NCBI GenBank assembly: GCA_963735235.1
Contig: CAVTKD010000003.1
Coordinates: 4,441 to 68,440 of the forward strand
Length of the DNA stretch: 64,000 bases
Direction of reading: 5' to 3'
Origin: an uncultured Solirubrobacterales bacterium
GTDB lineage: Bacteria > Actinomycetota > Thermoleophilia > Solirubrobacterales > 70-9
A model generated the notes under the pieces. The model did no database searches. It saw only the letters and a program-made list of their open reading frames with translations, and had not been told where the DNA came from. Shown piece after piece: positions 11,206 through 24,259 of the stretch (position 1 is its first letter; each line of letters opens with the position of its first letter). A program made the translations under genes and the position numbers.

Positions 11206-12792
11206 TCAGGGGCCGGGGGTGCGCTGCACGGCGGCCTCGGCGGTTGCCGCCTCGGCCTCGCGGGTAGCCGCTCCTTCGAGCGCGTTCGACAGCGCCCGTA
11301 CGTAGGCGCGGGCCGAGGCCTCGAGGATGTCGGTGGCGACGCCCTGCCCGGTCGCCAGGCGCCCGGCGGTGCGCAGCATCACCGTCACCTCGCCGAGAGC
11401 GTCCTCCCCCCCGGTCACCGCCTCGACCGTGTACTGGCGCAGCTCGCACTCGGTCCCGGCCGCCCCCTGGATGGCGCGGAAGATCGCGTCGATCGGGCCG
11501 TCGCCGCCCGACTTGCCGACCACCTCCTCGCCGGAGGGCAGGATCACCGCCACCTTGGCGACCGGCTCGCGGCGCGAACCGGCCTCGACCTCGAACCAGG
11601 CCAGCTCGTGGGCGTCGGAGCGCTCCCGCATCTCATCGGAGACGATTGCCTCCAGATCCAGTGCGGTGACCTGCTTCTTGCGGTCGGCGACCTCCTTGAA
11701 GGCCTTGAAGGCGGCGTTGAGGGCGTTGCCCTCGACCTGGAAGCCCAGCTGCTCCAGGGCGTCTTTCAGGGCGTGGCGGCCGGAGTGCTTGCCGAGCACG
11801 ATCGAGTTCGACTCCAGGCCGACTTCGGTCGCGTCCATGATCTCGTAGGTGCTGCGCTCCTTCAGCACGCCGTCCTGGTGGATTCCGGACTCGTGGGCGA
11901 AGGCGTTGCGGCCGACGATCGCCTTGTTGGGCTGGATCGCGTAGCCGGTCAGGCGCGAGACCATGCGGCTACTGCGGGCGATCTCGCGGGTGTTGATCCC
12001 GGTGGCGAAGCCGTGTGCGTCCTCGCGGACGTGAATCAGCATCGCGATCTCCTCCAGCGAGCAGTTGCCGGCCCGCTCGCCGATGCCGTTGATCGCGCAC
12101 TCGACCTGCCGCGCTCCGGCCAGGACGCCGGCGTAGGAGTTGGCGACCGCCAGCCCCAGGTCGTCGTGGCAGTGCACGGAGAGCTCGACGGCTTTCAGCG
12201 CCGGGACCAGCTCGCAGAGACGGCGGAAGTAGTCCGCGTACTCCTCCGGCGTCGTGTAGCCGACGGTGTCGGGGATGTTGACGACGGTGGCGCCCTCTTC
12301 AACCGCGATCGAGCAGACCTCGGCGGTGAACTCGATGTCGGCGCGGGTCGCGTCCATCGGCGAGAACTCGACGTCCTCGCAATAGGCCTTGGCGTGTGAG
12401 ACGGCCGCCCGGGCCTGGCCCTTGACGTCCTCGCGGTCGGTCTGCAGCTGGTGCTCGATGTGGATGTCGGAGGTGGAGATGAACGTGTGGATGCGTGGGC
12501 GCCGGGCGTCGCGCACGGCGCCCCAGGCGGCGTCGATGTCGCCCTTCTGAGTGCGGGCGAGGCCGCAGACGACCGGGCCCTCGACCGTGCGGGCGATCTC
12601 CCGCACGGCCTCGAAGTCCCCGGGTGAGGTGATCGGGAAGCCGGCCTCGATCACGTCAACGCCCAGGCGGGCGAGCTGGTGGGCGATCTCCACCTTCTCG
12701 GCGGTGTTCAGCGAGATTCCGGGCGACTGCTCGCCGTCTCTCAGGGTGGTGTCGAAAATGTGGACGCGGTTGGCGTCAGATGCGGGTCCCAT
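11206..12792 (-). CDS. leuA: 2-isopropylmalate synthase
   Basis: 528 aa. Motifs: IFDTTLRDGEQSPG, IEAGFPITSPGDF, HCHDDLGLAVANS, NGIGERAGNCSLEE, plus a C-terminal LeuA dimer/regulatory domain. A strong SD, GAAGGAGGAGG, precedes the ATG. Confidence 0.93.
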   Translation of the reverse strand: MGPASDANRVHIFDTTLRDGEQSPGISLNTAEKVEIAHQLARLGVDVIEAGFPITSPGDFEAVREIARTVEGPVVCGLARTQKGDIDAAWGAVRDARRPRIHTFISTSDIHIEHQLQTDREDVKGQARAAVSHAKAYCEDVEFSPMDATRADIEFTAEVCSIAVEEGATVVNIPDTVGYTTPEEYADYFRRLCELVPALKAVELSVHCHDDLGLAVANSYAGVLAGARQVECAINGIGERAGNCSLEEIAMLIHVREDAHGFATGINTREIARSSRMVSRLTGYAIQPNKAIVGRNAFAHESGIHQDGVLKERSTYEIMDATEVGLESNSIVLGKHSGRHALKDALEQLGFQVEGNALNAAFKAFKEVADRKKQVTALDLEAIVSDEMRERSDAHELAWFEVEAGSRREPVAKVAVILPSGEEVVGKSGGDGPIDAIFRAIQGAAGTECELRQYTVEAVTGGEDALGEVTVMLRTAGRLATGQGVATDILEASARAYVRALSNALEGAATREAEAATAEAAVQRTPGP

Positions 12793-12860
12793 GCGGACCT
12801 CCTCCTTCTCTACTGCGTTCGAATGGCCTCTGTCTCTCGCGGCTATCGCGCCGCCCAGCG

Positions 12861-12920
12861 CTATTCCCCCCGAGGGGGGAGGAGAAGGAGAAGCGCGAGG
12901 CTGTCGAACCGGTGGCTCAT
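12861..12920 (-). promoter_or_regulatory. Candidate leucine leader peptide (19 codons, 6 Leu) with a GC hairpin at its stop, 68 nt upstream of leuA
   Basis: The minus strand reads ATG AGC CAC CGG TTC GAC AGC CTC GCG CTT CTC CTT CTC CTC CCC CCT CGG GGG GAA TAG, which is MSHRFDSLALLLLLPPRGE. The Leu-codon tract CUCCUUCUC is complementary to GAGAAGGAG in the leuA SD region. I see no convincing SD for the leader itself. Confidence 0.5.
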
Positions 12921-13023
12921 TCGGTCAGTGCAGGGTAGCGCAGACGGACGCGGCGTCGGCGGCTTTTCATAGGCTGGTCCGATCGCCGCCGAGCAACGCA
13001 CCAACTGGCTCGCGCTCTTCGCC

Positions 13024-14376
13024 ATGGGCATGGCCGTGGTGGTGATCGCCAACGACTTCTCCGCCATAAACGTCGCCCTGCCGACGATGGAGAAGGACTT
13101 CGACACCAACATCAACACGATCCAGTGGGTGGTCAACGCCTACGCGCTGACCTTCGGGGTGATGATCGTCACCGGCGGCCGCCTCGCCGACATGTTCGGG
13201 CGCCGCAACGCCTTCTTCCTCGGCACCGCGATCTTCGCCTCGATGTCGGCGCTGGGTGGCGCCGCCCAGACGGAGACCTGGTTGATCGCCACCCGCACGC
13301 TGATGGGAATCGGCGGCGCCCTGATGTGGCCGGCGATCCTCGGCATGACCTTCGCGATCCTGCCCGAGGAGAAGGCGGGCCTGGCCGGCGGGATCATCCT
13401 CGGCGCCGCCGGCCTCGGCAACGCGATCGGGCCGCTGATCGGCGGCATCCTCACCGACGAGCTCAGCTGGCGCTGGATCTTCTTCCTCAACGTGCCGATC
13501 TCGATCTTCGCCGTCCTCGTCACCTACTTCCTGGTCCACGTCAAGGAGCCGGAATCAAGCGACCACAAGATCGACTACGCCGGCGTCGCGGCGATCTCGG
13601 TCGGCCTGGTCTCGCTGCTCGTCGCCCTCGATCAGGTCGACGACTGGGGCTGGGGAGACCCGAAAGTGATCGGGCTGCTGGCCCTGGCGGCGGTTCTGAT
13701 CGTCGCCTTCGTACCGATCGAGCGCCGCGCCGGCAAGCACGCCCTGGTGCCACGCGAGGTGATGGGAAACCGCAGCTTCAGCGCCTCCTGCGCGGCGATC
13801 CTCTTCATGTCGGCGACCTTCTTCGCCTCGCTGCTCTACCTGCCCCAGTTCATGGAGAAGCAGTTCGGCTACTCGGCGCTGGAAGCGGGAGTCGGGATCC
13901 TTCCCTTCCTCGGCGTCTTCGCGATCGTCTCCTTCGTCGCCGGCCCGCTGTACAACCGCCTCGGCGCGAAGCCGCTCGCCGTCTTCGGCGCCGCCTGCAT
14001 CACCATTGCGCCCTTCCTCTTCTCCCAGGTCGACGGCGGCTCCGGCTACGGCTCGCTGGTGCCGGGGATGGTCGTGCTCGGCCTCGGCGTCGGCAGCTTC
14101 TACCCAACCGCGACCACCGCCGGCGTCACCTCGGTCGACCAGTCGCAGACCAGCCTCGCTGGCGGCATCGTCTACATGTTCCAGATCGCCGGTGGCTCGA
14201 TCGGCCTGGGCCTGACCACGACCGTCTTCTCCGCCGCGATCCCGCCCTTCGTCGACGGCGTCCAAGCCGGCTTTCGCCTCGACGCGGCGCTTTCCCTCGT
14301 CGGCTTCCTGATCGCGCTGCTGTTCGTCGGCGGAACGCTGTTCTCGCGCCGGCGCCCGTCTGAGCAGACGGCCTAG
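13024..14376 (+). CDS. MFS transporter, DHA2 (EmrB/QacA-like, 14-TMS type)
   Basis: 450 aa. Motifs: NVALPTM, WVVNAYALTFGVMIVTGGRLADMFGRR, GIGGALMWPA, many TM segments. The first canonical start leaves TM1 slightly short. Confidence 0.85.
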   Translation: MGMAVVVIANDFSAINVALPTMEKDFDTNINTIQWVVNAYALTFGVMIVTGGRLADMFGRRNAFFLGTAIFASMSALGGAAQTETWLIATRTLMGIGGALMWPAILGMTFAILPEEKAGLAGGIILGAAGLGNAIGPLIGGILTDELSWRWIFFLNVPISIFAVLVTYFLVHVKEPESSDHKIDYAGVAAISVGLVSLLVALDQVDDWGWGDPKVIGLLALAAVLIVAFVPIERRAGKHALVPREVMGNRSFSASCAAILFMSATFFASLLYLPQFMEKQFGYSALEAGVGILPFLGVFAIVSFVAGPLYNRLGAKPLAVFGAACITIAPFLFSQVDGGSGYGSLVPGMVVLGLGVGSFYPTATTAGVTSVDQSQTSLAGGIVYMFQIAGGSIGLGLTTTVFSAAIPPFVDGVQAGFRLDAALSLVGFLIALLFVGGTLFSRRRPSEQTA

Positions 14377-14398
14377 ACGCGGCCCGGCCGCGTCTGGA

Positions 14399-14950
14399 TC
14401 ACGGCACCAGTTCGTTTTCTCCGGTGCCGCCGACCAGCACGTCTTCGCCGGCTTCGCCGTGCAGCGCGTCGTTGCCGCTGCCGCCGACCAGGCGGTCGTT
14501 ACCGGGGCCTCCGAAGAGGGAGTCGTTGCCGGCCCGCCCGACCAGGATGTCGTCGCCTGGCCCACCGATCAGCTTGTCGGCGCCGGCGCCGCCGATCAAC
14601 TTGTCGTTACCGGGGCCGCCTCGAAGGGTGACCGGGATCGGCACGGCGCGCGACACGACGACCGAATCGTCGCCGCCGCCGGCATTGACTTCGAAGCCGG
14701 CGATCGAGGCGGCTTCGCAGAGCAGCTCGTTCTGCCTGTCTTCCGGGTGGGAGCAGACGTTGCCGCCGACTTCCAACGGCCCGACCGATTCGATCGCATA
14801 GCTGCGGCCATCGGGGCTGAGCGCGATCGAGATCGTGTTCGCTTCCGAGCCCCCGGCGAGCAGCACGTCGAGGGACGGTTCAGCGGCGTGGGCCACGGCG
14901 GCGGCATGAGCCACCAGCACCATGGACGCAATCAGGAGTGCTTTCTTCAT
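14399..14950 (-). CDS. Secreted calcium-binding protein with RTX-type GGxGxD nonapeptide repeats
   Basis: 183 aa. The signal peptide is [22 protein letters not shown]. The C-terminal half is about 8 repeats ([54 protein letters not shown] ...). Confidence 0.7.
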   Translation of the reverse strand: MKKALLIASMVLVAHAAAVAHAAEPSLDVLLAGGSEANTISIALSPDGRSYAIESVGPLEVGGNVCSHPEDRQNELLCEAASIAGFEVNAGGGDDSVVVSRAVPIPVTLRGGPGNDKLIGGAGADKLIGGPGDDILVGRAGNDSLFGGPGNDRLVGGSGNDALHGEAGEDVLVGGTGENELVP

Positions 14951-14983
14951 CGCGGAATGTCGGCCGAGGTCTTCCGGGGCCTA

Positions 14984-16015
14984 CTAGGGGAACAACACGA
15001 CCTTGCCGACGTTGCGGCGCTGGGCGATGAATTCGTGCGCCTCGCCGGCTCGCTCGAAGGAGAAGGACTCGGAGACAACCGGCTCGATGCGGCCCGCCTC
15101 GAGGTCGGCCAGCAGCGGCGCGACAACCCGGTCGAGGTTGCCCTCGCGGTCCCACCAGCTCAGCATGTTGAGGCCGAAGACGCCTTTGTTCTCGTTCATC
15201 ATCGTCAGGCTCTTCCACCACGGCATCGTCGCCAGCGGCATCTTCAGCAGGCTCTTCAAGGTGGCCGGAAGGTCGCGAGCGCCGGCGCTGGTGCCCTCCG
15301 ACAGCCCATACATGACCATCCGCCCGCCAGAGCGCAGCAGCCGGTAGTCCTTGCGGAACGAGGTCGGGCCGAGCGCGTCGATGATCACGTCGACCCCCTC
15401 GCCGCCGGTGATCCGCATCACCTCGGCCTCGAAGTCCTGGTTGCGGTAGTCGATCGCGTGCTGGACGCCCTGGGCGCGGATCGCCTCGTGCTTGCCCGGA
15501 GAAGCGGTGCCGAAGACCTCGGCACCGGCGTTGCGGGCCAGCTGGGTCGCGGCGATCCCGACCCCGCCAGCGGCGGCGTGGATGAGTACGCGATCGCCCT
15601 CGCGCATCCCGCCCATCACGGTCAGCGCCGCGTAGGCGGTGCCGTAGTTGACCGGGAAGGCCGCGCCCTGCTCGAAGCTGAGCCGCTCCGGCAACGGCAG
15701 TGCCTGGTCGGCAGCGACCGTGACCAGCTCCGCCTGGCCGCCGAAGCGCGTGCCGGCAACGACGCGGTCTCCGACCTCGTGCCCGCCGACCCCCTCCCCC
15801 ACCGTCTCCACCTCGCCGGCGACCTCGTAGCCGAGCACGCAAGGGGTCTTCGGCGCGTCCGGATAGAGGCCGACGCGGGCCATCGTGTCGGCGAAGTTGA
15901 TCCCGGCGGCGCGGACCGCAATGCGGACCTCGCCGGGCCCCACCGCGGGGTCGGGCCGCTCCTCGACTTGAAGAACCTCGGGACCTCCGGTGCCAGTTAG
16001 GACGACGGCGCGCAT
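14984..16015 (-). CDS. Medium-chain dehydrogenase/reductase, quinone oxidoreductase (VAT1-like)
   Basis: 343 aa. Motifs: GINFAD, GYEVAGEV, VLIHAAAGGVGIAATQLA, GKVVL. Confidence 0.85.
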   Translation of the reverse strand: MRAVVLTGTGGPEVLQVEERPDPAVGPGEVRIAVRAAGINFADTMARVGLYPDAPKTPCVLGYEVAGEVETVGEGVGGHEVGDRVVAGTRFGGQAELVTVAADQALPLPERLSFEQGAAFPVNYGTAYAALTVMGGMREGDRVLIHAAAGGVGIAATQLARNAGAEVFGTASPGKHEAIRAQGVQHAIDYRNQDFEAEVMRITGGEGVDVIIDALGPTSFRKDYRLLRSGGRMVMYGLSEGTSAGARDLPATLKSLLKMPLATMPWWKSLTMMNENKGVFGLNMLSWWDREGNLDRVVAPLLADLEAGRIEPVVSESFSFERAGEAHEFIAQRRNVGKVVLFP

Positions 16016-16045
16016 GAGCCAACCCTAGCCGTTGTCAGAGGCCCT

Positions 16046-18780
<2,735 letters not shown>

Positions 18781-18870
18781 TTATTGACAGGCGCGGGTGG
18801 ACTCCGGCCGGAGGCGGGGTTAGGCTCGCGAAGCCGTCCAGTCAGGTCCGTCCAACTAGGAGGGGAAGCG

Positions 18871-19512
18871 ATGTACCCGATCAGTTACGAAGCCGATTTC
18901 AACCCGACTCCAAACCGCGCCACGACGTTCTTCCGGCTGATCCTGGCGATCCCGTGGATCATCGTCGCCTACGTCTACCTGCTCGTCGCCGCCTTCACCC
19001 ACCTCTTTGCCTGGGTGGCCATCGTGGTCATGGGCCGCTACCCCCAGGGGCTCTACAACTTCAACTCGGGAATCGTCCGCTACTTCGTCCGCTTCTACGC
19101 CTGGGCCTACCTGCAGACCGACGAGTGGCCGCCCTTCGGAATCTCCGACGATCCGAGCTATCCGATCCGCGTCAATTTCGCCCCCCGGATGGAGGGCCAG
19201 AGCCGGCTCAAGGCCTTCTTCCGGATCATCCTGGCGCTGCCGCTGCTGATCATCTCCTACGCGTTCAACTACGTCCACCTCTTCGCCGGCGTGATCGCCT
19301 GGCTGACAATCGTCTTCCGTGGCTACCTGCCGGAAGGCGTAAACAGCATGCTGACCTTCGTCAACAGCTTCTACGCCCGCGTCTACGGCTATCTCTTCCT
19401 GCTGACCGACGACTACCCGCCGATCGGGCTCGAGGCCTCGGTGTCCTCCACCGCCGCCACCCCGCCGGCACCCCCGGCGCCGCCCGCCCCGCCAGTCACG
19501 CCGACGGCTTAA
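18871..19512 (+). CDS. DUF4389-like integral membrane protein (two internal copies) with a Pro/Ala-rich tail
   Basis: Trimmed to the ATG at 18871 after GGAGGGGAAG. The duplicated motif is R..TFFRLILAIPWIIV / RLKAFFRIILALPLLII. The tail is PPAPPAPPAPPVTP. Confidence 0.65.
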   Translation: MYPISYEADFNPTPNRATTFFRLILAIPWIIVAYVYLLVAAFTHLFAWVAIVVMGRYPQGLYNFNSGIVRYFVRFYAWAYLQTDEWPPFGISDDPSYPIRVNFAPRMEGQSRLKAFFRIILALPLLIISYAFNYVHLFAGVIAWLTIVFRGYLPEGVNSMLTFVNSFYARVYGYLFLLTDDYPPIGLEASVSSTAATPPAPPAPPAPPVTPTA

Positions 19513-19522
19513 GGAGACAACG

Positions 19523-19930
19523 ATGAACGACGCAGCAAACGACAACGTGTCCAAAGGCGAGGGCTACGCAGTCGCCAACCTCTCCGACCTCGGCGACGGC
19601 CCCGGCTTCCGCAAGATCCGCAAGGAGCTCGGCGTCACCGCCTTCGGCGTCAACGCGATCGTCCTCCCTCCCTCCTACGAGACCGGCAGCCACTTCCATG
19701 ACGAGCAGGAGGAGCTCTACTTCGTCCACAGCGGCGAAGTCGAGTTCACCTTCGGCGACGGCTCAACCCAGCGCCTCGGCACCGGCGGCCTCGCCTGGGT
19801 CGACGCCCCCACCTCCCGCAAAGTGAGGAACGTCAGCGACTCCGAGGAGGCGATCTACGTGATCGTCGGCGGCAAGGACGGGTACGTCGGCAGGGACGGG
19901 AAACTCGCCGAGGGGGAGACCCACCGGTAG
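19523..19930 (+). CDS. Cupin-domain protein
   Basis: 135 aa. The cupin motifs G.HFHDEQEELYFV.G and GDG....L.G are present. Confidence 0.7.
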   Translation: MNDAANDNVSKGEGYAVANLSDLGDGPGFRKIRKELGVTAFGVNAIVLPPSYETGSHFHDEQEELYFVHSGEVEFTFGDGSTQRLGTGGLAWVDAPTSRKVRNVSDSEEAIYVIVGGKDGYVGRDGKLAEGETHR

Positions 19931-20064
19931 ACGGGTCGGAGCAGGGCCCGAGCGACACGCCCATCCGGCGAGCATCTCCTAGGTGAACTGCGGCTGACCG
20001 AGTGACCCAGCAACGACAGCTGGAGCAGCTACGAAGCGGGGTTGTGGCCTGGGGCCCGGATGCC

Positions 20065-21081
20065 CTACTTCGTATCGCTGAACCCCTGATCGATCCAGGG
20101 CATCATCATGCGCAGGTCCTTGCCGACGTCCTCGATCTCGGCATCCTGCAGCTCGCCGCGCATGCGGTCGAAATTCTCATTGCCGGCCTTGTTCTCAGCA
20201 ATGAACTCGCGGGCGAAGTCGCCGTCCTGGATCTCTTTGAGGATCTGCTTCATCGCCGCCTTGGTCTCGTCGGTGATCACTCGCTTGCCACGAGTGAGGT
20301 CGCCGTACTCGGCGGTGTTGGAGATCGAGTAGTGCATCCCCTGGATGCCCTTCTCGTACATCAGGTCGGCGATCAGCTTGAGCTCATGCAGACACTCGAA
20401 GTAGGCCAAGCGGGGGTCGTAACCGGCCTCGACCAGGGTCTCGAAGCCGGCTTGGACCAGCTCGGAGGCGCCGCCGCAGAGGACGGCCTGCTCGCCGAAG
20501 AGGTCGGTCTCGCACTCGTCTTTGAAGGTGGTCTCGATGATCGCCGCGCGGCCGCCGCCGATCCCGGAGGCGTAGGCGAGGACGAGGTCGTGGGCGTTGC
20601 CGCTGGCGTCCTGATGGACGGCCATCAGGCAGGGGACGCCGTTGCCTTCCTCGTACTGGCGGCGGACCAGGTGGCCCGGGCCCTTGGGGGCGACCATGCC
20701 GACGTCGACGCCGGGCGGTGGCTCGATCTCCCCGAAGTGGATCGCGAAGCCGTGGGCGAAGAGGAGGAGGTTGCCGGGGGCGATGCCGTCGGCGATCTCG
20801 GAACTCCAGACCTCGGCCTGTTTCTCGTCCGGGAGCAGAATCATCACCAGGTCGCCGCGGCTGGCGGCTTCGGTGATGTCCAGCACCTCGAGCCCGGCCG
20901 CTTCGGCCTTGGCGCGGCTGGAGGAATCCGAGCGCAGGCCGACGACCACGTCGACCCCGGAGTCCTTGAGGTTGAGGGCGTGAGCGTGCCCCTGGGAGCC
21001 GTAGCCGAGGATCGCGACGGTCTTGCCCTCGAGCTTGCCTAGGTCGGCGTCCTTGTCGTAGAAAATGTCGTCAGTTCGCAT
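20065..21081 (-). CDS. ilvC: Ketol-acid reductoisomerase
   Basis: 338 aa. Motifs: [42 protein letters not shown]. Confidence 0.95.
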   Translation of the reverse strand: MRTDDIFYDKDADLGKLEGKTVAILGYGSQGHAHALNLKDSGVDVVVGLRSDSSSRAKAEAAGLEVLDITEAASRGDLVMILLPDEKQAEVWSSEIADGIAPGNLLLFAHGFAIHFGEIEPPPGVDVGMVAPKGPGHLVRRQYEEGNGVPCLMAVHQDASGNAHDLVLAYASGIGGGRAAIIETTFKDECETDLFGEQAVLCGGASELVQAGFETLVEAGYDPRLAYFECLHELKLIADLMYEKGIQGMHYSISNTAEYGDLTRGKRVITDETKAAMKQILKEIQDGDFAREFIAENKAGNENFDRMRGELQDAEIEDVGKDLRMMMPWIDQGFSDTK

Positions 21082-21091
21082 GGGCGGCAGG

Positions 21092-22417
21092 CTATCGGAG
21101 CGCCCTGCGCATCAGCTTGCCCGAGGGCGTGCGCGGCAGCGCCGCGGCGAGCTCGACCCGCTTCGGCACCTTGAACCCGGCCAGGGAGTCGGCGCAGTAG
21201 CGGCGCAGGTCGTCGGGCGTCACCTCGGAGCCGCTCTCCAGCACGACCACGGCGGTCACCGCCTGCTGCCACTCGGGGTCCTCGCGGCCGACCACGGCGG
21301 CGTCGGCGACCTCCGGGTGGCGTAGCAGCACCTCCTCGACCTCGGCCGGGATCACGTTCTCGCCGCCGCTGACGATCATGTCGTCGATGCGGTCCTTGAC
21401 GTAGAGGAAGCCCTCGTCGTCGATGTGGCCGAGGTCGCCGGTGTGCAGCCAGCCGTCGGGGTCGACGCGGCCGGGCGCGACGGTCGGGCCCTGGACGAGG
21501 ATCTCGCCGTCGCGGATGCGCAGGTGGGTGGTCAGCAGCGGCCGCCCGGCGGAGCCGAGCTTGCGCCGGGCGTCGGCCGGGGCCAGGGTCGTCACCTGCG
21601 AGCAGGTCTCGGTCAAGCCGTAGGTCTGGACCACGGTGGCCCCCTTGGCGATCGCCTCTTCGAGCGGCTCCCTGGGCACCGGGCCGCCGCCGACCAGAAT
21701 CGCCCGCGGGCCGGAGAGGTCCGCCCCGGCCTCGAGCAGCCGCATCAGCATCGTCGTCACCACCGAGACGACCGTGATCCGCTCGCCCTCGAGCGCCGCG
21801 GCGACGCGATCGGCGTCGAAGCCGTCGTGGATGACGGCGGTGGTGCCGTAGATGACCGAGCGCATGACGATGCTGAGGCCGGAGACGTGGCTGAGGGGAA
21901 CGCAGCAGAGCCAGCGGTCCTCGGGCTCCATACCGATGTTGAAGGCGGAGCCGACGGCGCTCCAGAGGAAGTTGCCGTAGGTGAGACCGACCGGGTGCGG
22001 GGTGCCGGTGCTGCCGCTGGTCAGGACCCGGGCGCAGACCTCGTCCATGTCGTGCTCGCCGAGCAGCGGCAGGTCAGCCTCGGTCTGGGTCAGCTCGCCG
22101 GGGTCGTCGAGGTCGACGATCGGCTCCTCGGCGCCGACTATCGCCTCCCGCTCCTCCGCCGTCAACCGGGGGCTCAGCGGCAGCAGCTTGGCGCCGACCT
22201 TCATCAGCGCGTGGGCGAGCACCACCTGCTCGCGGCGCGGGTGCATGGTCAGGGCGGCGGTCGAGCCGCGGCGGACGCCGTGGGCGGCGAGCCGGCGGGC
22301 GACCCAGGTCGCCTCGGCCTCGAGCTCGGCGTAGGTCATCTCGGCGCCGTCCGCCACCAGCGCGGTGCGGTCGGGGCAGCTTTGCGATCTCTGGGCCAGC
22401 CAGTCGTCGAGCTTCAT
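21092..22417 (-). CDS. menE: o-Succinylbenzoate-CoA ligase (adenylate-forming enzyme)
   Basis: The 803-aa ORF is trimmed to [21 protein letters not shown] (ATG complement 22415-22417). AMP-binding motifs: [38 protein letters not shown]. The menE call rests partly on men-cluster context. Confidence 0.8.
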   Translation of the reverse strand: MKLDDWLAQRSQSCPDRTALVADGAEMTYAELEAEATWVARRLAAHGVRRGSTAALTMHPRREQVVLAHALMKVGAKLLPLSPRLTAEEREAIVGAEEPIVDLDDPGELTQTEADLPLLGEHDMDEVCARVLTSGSTGTPHPVGLTYGNFLWSAVGSAFNIGMEPEDRWLCCVPLSHVSGLSIVMRSVIYGTTAVIHDGFDADRVAAALEGERITVVSVVTTMLMRLLEAGADLSGPRAILVGGGPVPREPLEEAIAKGATVVQTYGLTETCSQVTTLAPADARRKLGSAGRPLLTTHLRIRDGEILVQGPTVAPGRVDPDGWLHTGDLGHIDDEGFLYVKDRIDDMIVSGGENVIPAEVEEVLLRHPEVADAAVVGREDPEWQQAVTAVVVLESGSEVTPDDLRRYCADSLAGFKVPKRVELAAALPRTPSGKLMRRALR

Positions 22418-22438
22418 CGGACGGATATCGTGCCCATC

Positions 22439-23305
22439 ATGCCCAAACGCCACAAGGACGCCCCACCCGAGCAGGATCTCTACGCGCCGATCGAGTGGAT
22501 CGGCGCCGGCGAGTACGACGACATCCGCTACGAGACCGCGAACGGAATCGCCAAGATCACGATCGACCGGCCCGAGGTGCTCAATGCCTTCCGCCCGCAG
22601 ACGCTGATCGAGATCGCGGCCGCGCTCGAGCTGGCGCGCGAGGACACCGGGATCGGCGCGATCATCCTCACCGGCGAGGGACAGAAGGCGTTCTGCTCCG
22701 GCGGCGACCAGACGGTCCGGGGCGACAGCGGCTACGTCGCCGAGGGCGCCTCGATCGGGCGCTTCCACGTCACCGACCTGCAGGTGCAGATGCGGCGACT
22801 GCCGAAGCCGGTGCTGGCGATGGTCGCCGGCTACGCGATCGGCGGCGGTCACATCCTCCACGTCTGCTGCGACCTCACGATCGCCGCCGACAACGCCCGC
22901 TTCGGGCAGACGGGGCCGCGGGTCGGCTCCTGGGACGGCGGCTTCGGCGCCTCGCTCCTGCGCGATCTCGTCGGGACCAAGAAGGCAAAGGAGTTCTGGC
23001 TGCTGTGTCGTCAGTACGACGCCGAGGAGGCGATGCAGATGGGGCTGGTCAACGCAGTCGTCCCGCTCGACGACCTCGAGCGCGAGACGGTCGCCTGGTG
23101 CCGCGACATGCTCGCGCTCTCGCCCTTCGCCCTGCGCCTGGCCAAGGCCAGCTTCAATGCCCACGAGGACGGCTACGCGGGGATCCAGCAGCTGGCCCAC
23201 GACGCCAACCTGCTCTTCTACGGCAACGAGGAGGCGCGCGAGGGGCGCGAGGCCTTCAAGGAGAAGCGCCAGCCGGACTTCTCGAAATTCCCGCGCCGGC
23301 CATGA
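22439..23305 (+). CDS. menB: 1,4-dihydroxy-2-naphthoyl-CoA synthase
   Basis: Trimmed to MPKRHKD. Crotonase motifs: [55 protein letters not shown]. Confidence 0.93.
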   Translation: MPKRHKDAPPEQDLYAPIEWIGAGEYDDIRYETANGIAKITIDRPEVLNAFRPQTLIEIAAALELAREDTGIGAIILTGEGQKAFCSGGDQTVRGDSGYVAEGASIGRFHVTDLQVQMRRLPKPVLAMVAGYAIGGGHILHVCCDLTIAADNARFGQTGPRVGSWDGGFGASLLRDLVGTKKAKEFWLLCRQYDAEEAMQMGLVNAVVPLDDLERETVAWCRDMLALSPFALRLAKASFNAHEDGYAGIQQLAHDANLLFYGNEEAREGREAFKEKRQPDFSKFPRRP

Positions 23306-23330
23306 GCGCCAGAGAGACGGAGACGACGCG

Positions 23331-24212
23331 ATGAGGATCTGGCTGATGGCGGCGCGGCCGCGGACGCTGCCGGCGGCGATCGCGCCGGTGCTGGTCGGGA
23401 CCGCCGCAGCGGTGCAATGGGTCGGGCACCTGCCGCGGCTCGGCGCCTTCTTCGCCGCCCTGGTCGGCTCGATCTTCATCCAGATCGGCACCAACCTCGC
23501 CAACGACTACTCCGACGCCAAGCGCGGCGCCGACACCGCCGACCGGCTCGGGCCGGTGCGGGTCACCTCGGCCGGTCTGGTCACCCCGCAGCGGGTGATG
23601 CGGGCGACCTGGATCGCCTTCGCGGTCGCCGTCGCCTGCGGGATCTACCTGGCGACCGTGGCCGGGGTCGTGATCCTGCTTATCGGCGCCGTCTCGATCG
23701 CCGCCGGCGTCCTCTACACCGGCGGCCCGCGGCCCTACGGCTACGCCGGCCTCGGCGAGGTCTTCGTCTTCCTCTTCTTCGGCCTCGTCGCCGTCAACGG
23801 CTCCTACTACGTGCAGGTCGAGCAGCTCGACGCGCTGCCGCTGGGGCTCTCGATCGCGATCGGCTTCCTCGCCACGGCGATCCTCGTCGTCAACAACGTC
23901 CGCGACCTCGAGACCGACCGGCGGGCGGCGAAGATGACCCTGGCGGTGCGGATGGGGCGCGCCAACGCGGTCGGGCTCTACCGGCTGTTCGTGCTCGGGG
24001 CCTTCGTGATGCTGCCGATCTCCCTCGCCGCTGGCGAAGCAAGCGCGCTGCCGCTGATCGGTCTGCTGGCCCTGCCGCTGGCGATCAAACCGCTGCGGGC
24101 GATGAGCAACAGGACGGACGGCCCGGCGCTGAACGGCGCCCTGGCGGCGACCGGCGCGCTGCTCGCCGTCTTCAGCCTGCTGGTCTCCGCCGGGCTGCTG
24201 ATCTCCAGCTAG
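23331..24212 (+). CDS. menA: 1,4-dihydroxy-2-naphthoate polyprenyltransferase
   Basis: Trimmed to [16 protein letters not shown]. UbiA-family motifs are [14 protein letters not shown] and [10 protein letters not shown]. It has multiple TM segments. Confidence 0.88.
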   Translation: MRIWLMAARPRTLPAAIAPVLVGTAAAVQWVGHLPRLGAFFAALVGSIFIQIGTNLANDYSDAKRGADTADRLGPVRVTSAGLVTPQRVMRATWIAFAVAVACGIYLATVAGVVILLIGAVSIAAGVLYTGGPRPYGYAGLGEVFVFLFFGLVAVNGSYYVQVEQLDALPLGLSIAIGFLATAILVVNNVRDLETDRRAAKMTLAVRMGRANAVGLYRLFVLGAFVMLPISLAAGEASALPLIGLLALPLAIKPLRAMSNRTDGPALNGALAATGALLAVFSLLVSAGLLISS

Positions 24213-24259
24213 AGAGACCAGCTGCCACCGGGCGCGGGCCCGGGTGAGAAGCTGTTGAC

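Noticed and set aside
22418-23503. N-terminal 362 aa of the 803-aa ORF 21092..23503
   Set aside because: This part is antisense to menB and menA and has shadow-ORF composition. The adenylate-forming enzyme begins at MKLDDWLAQ, so the ORF was trimmed to 22417.
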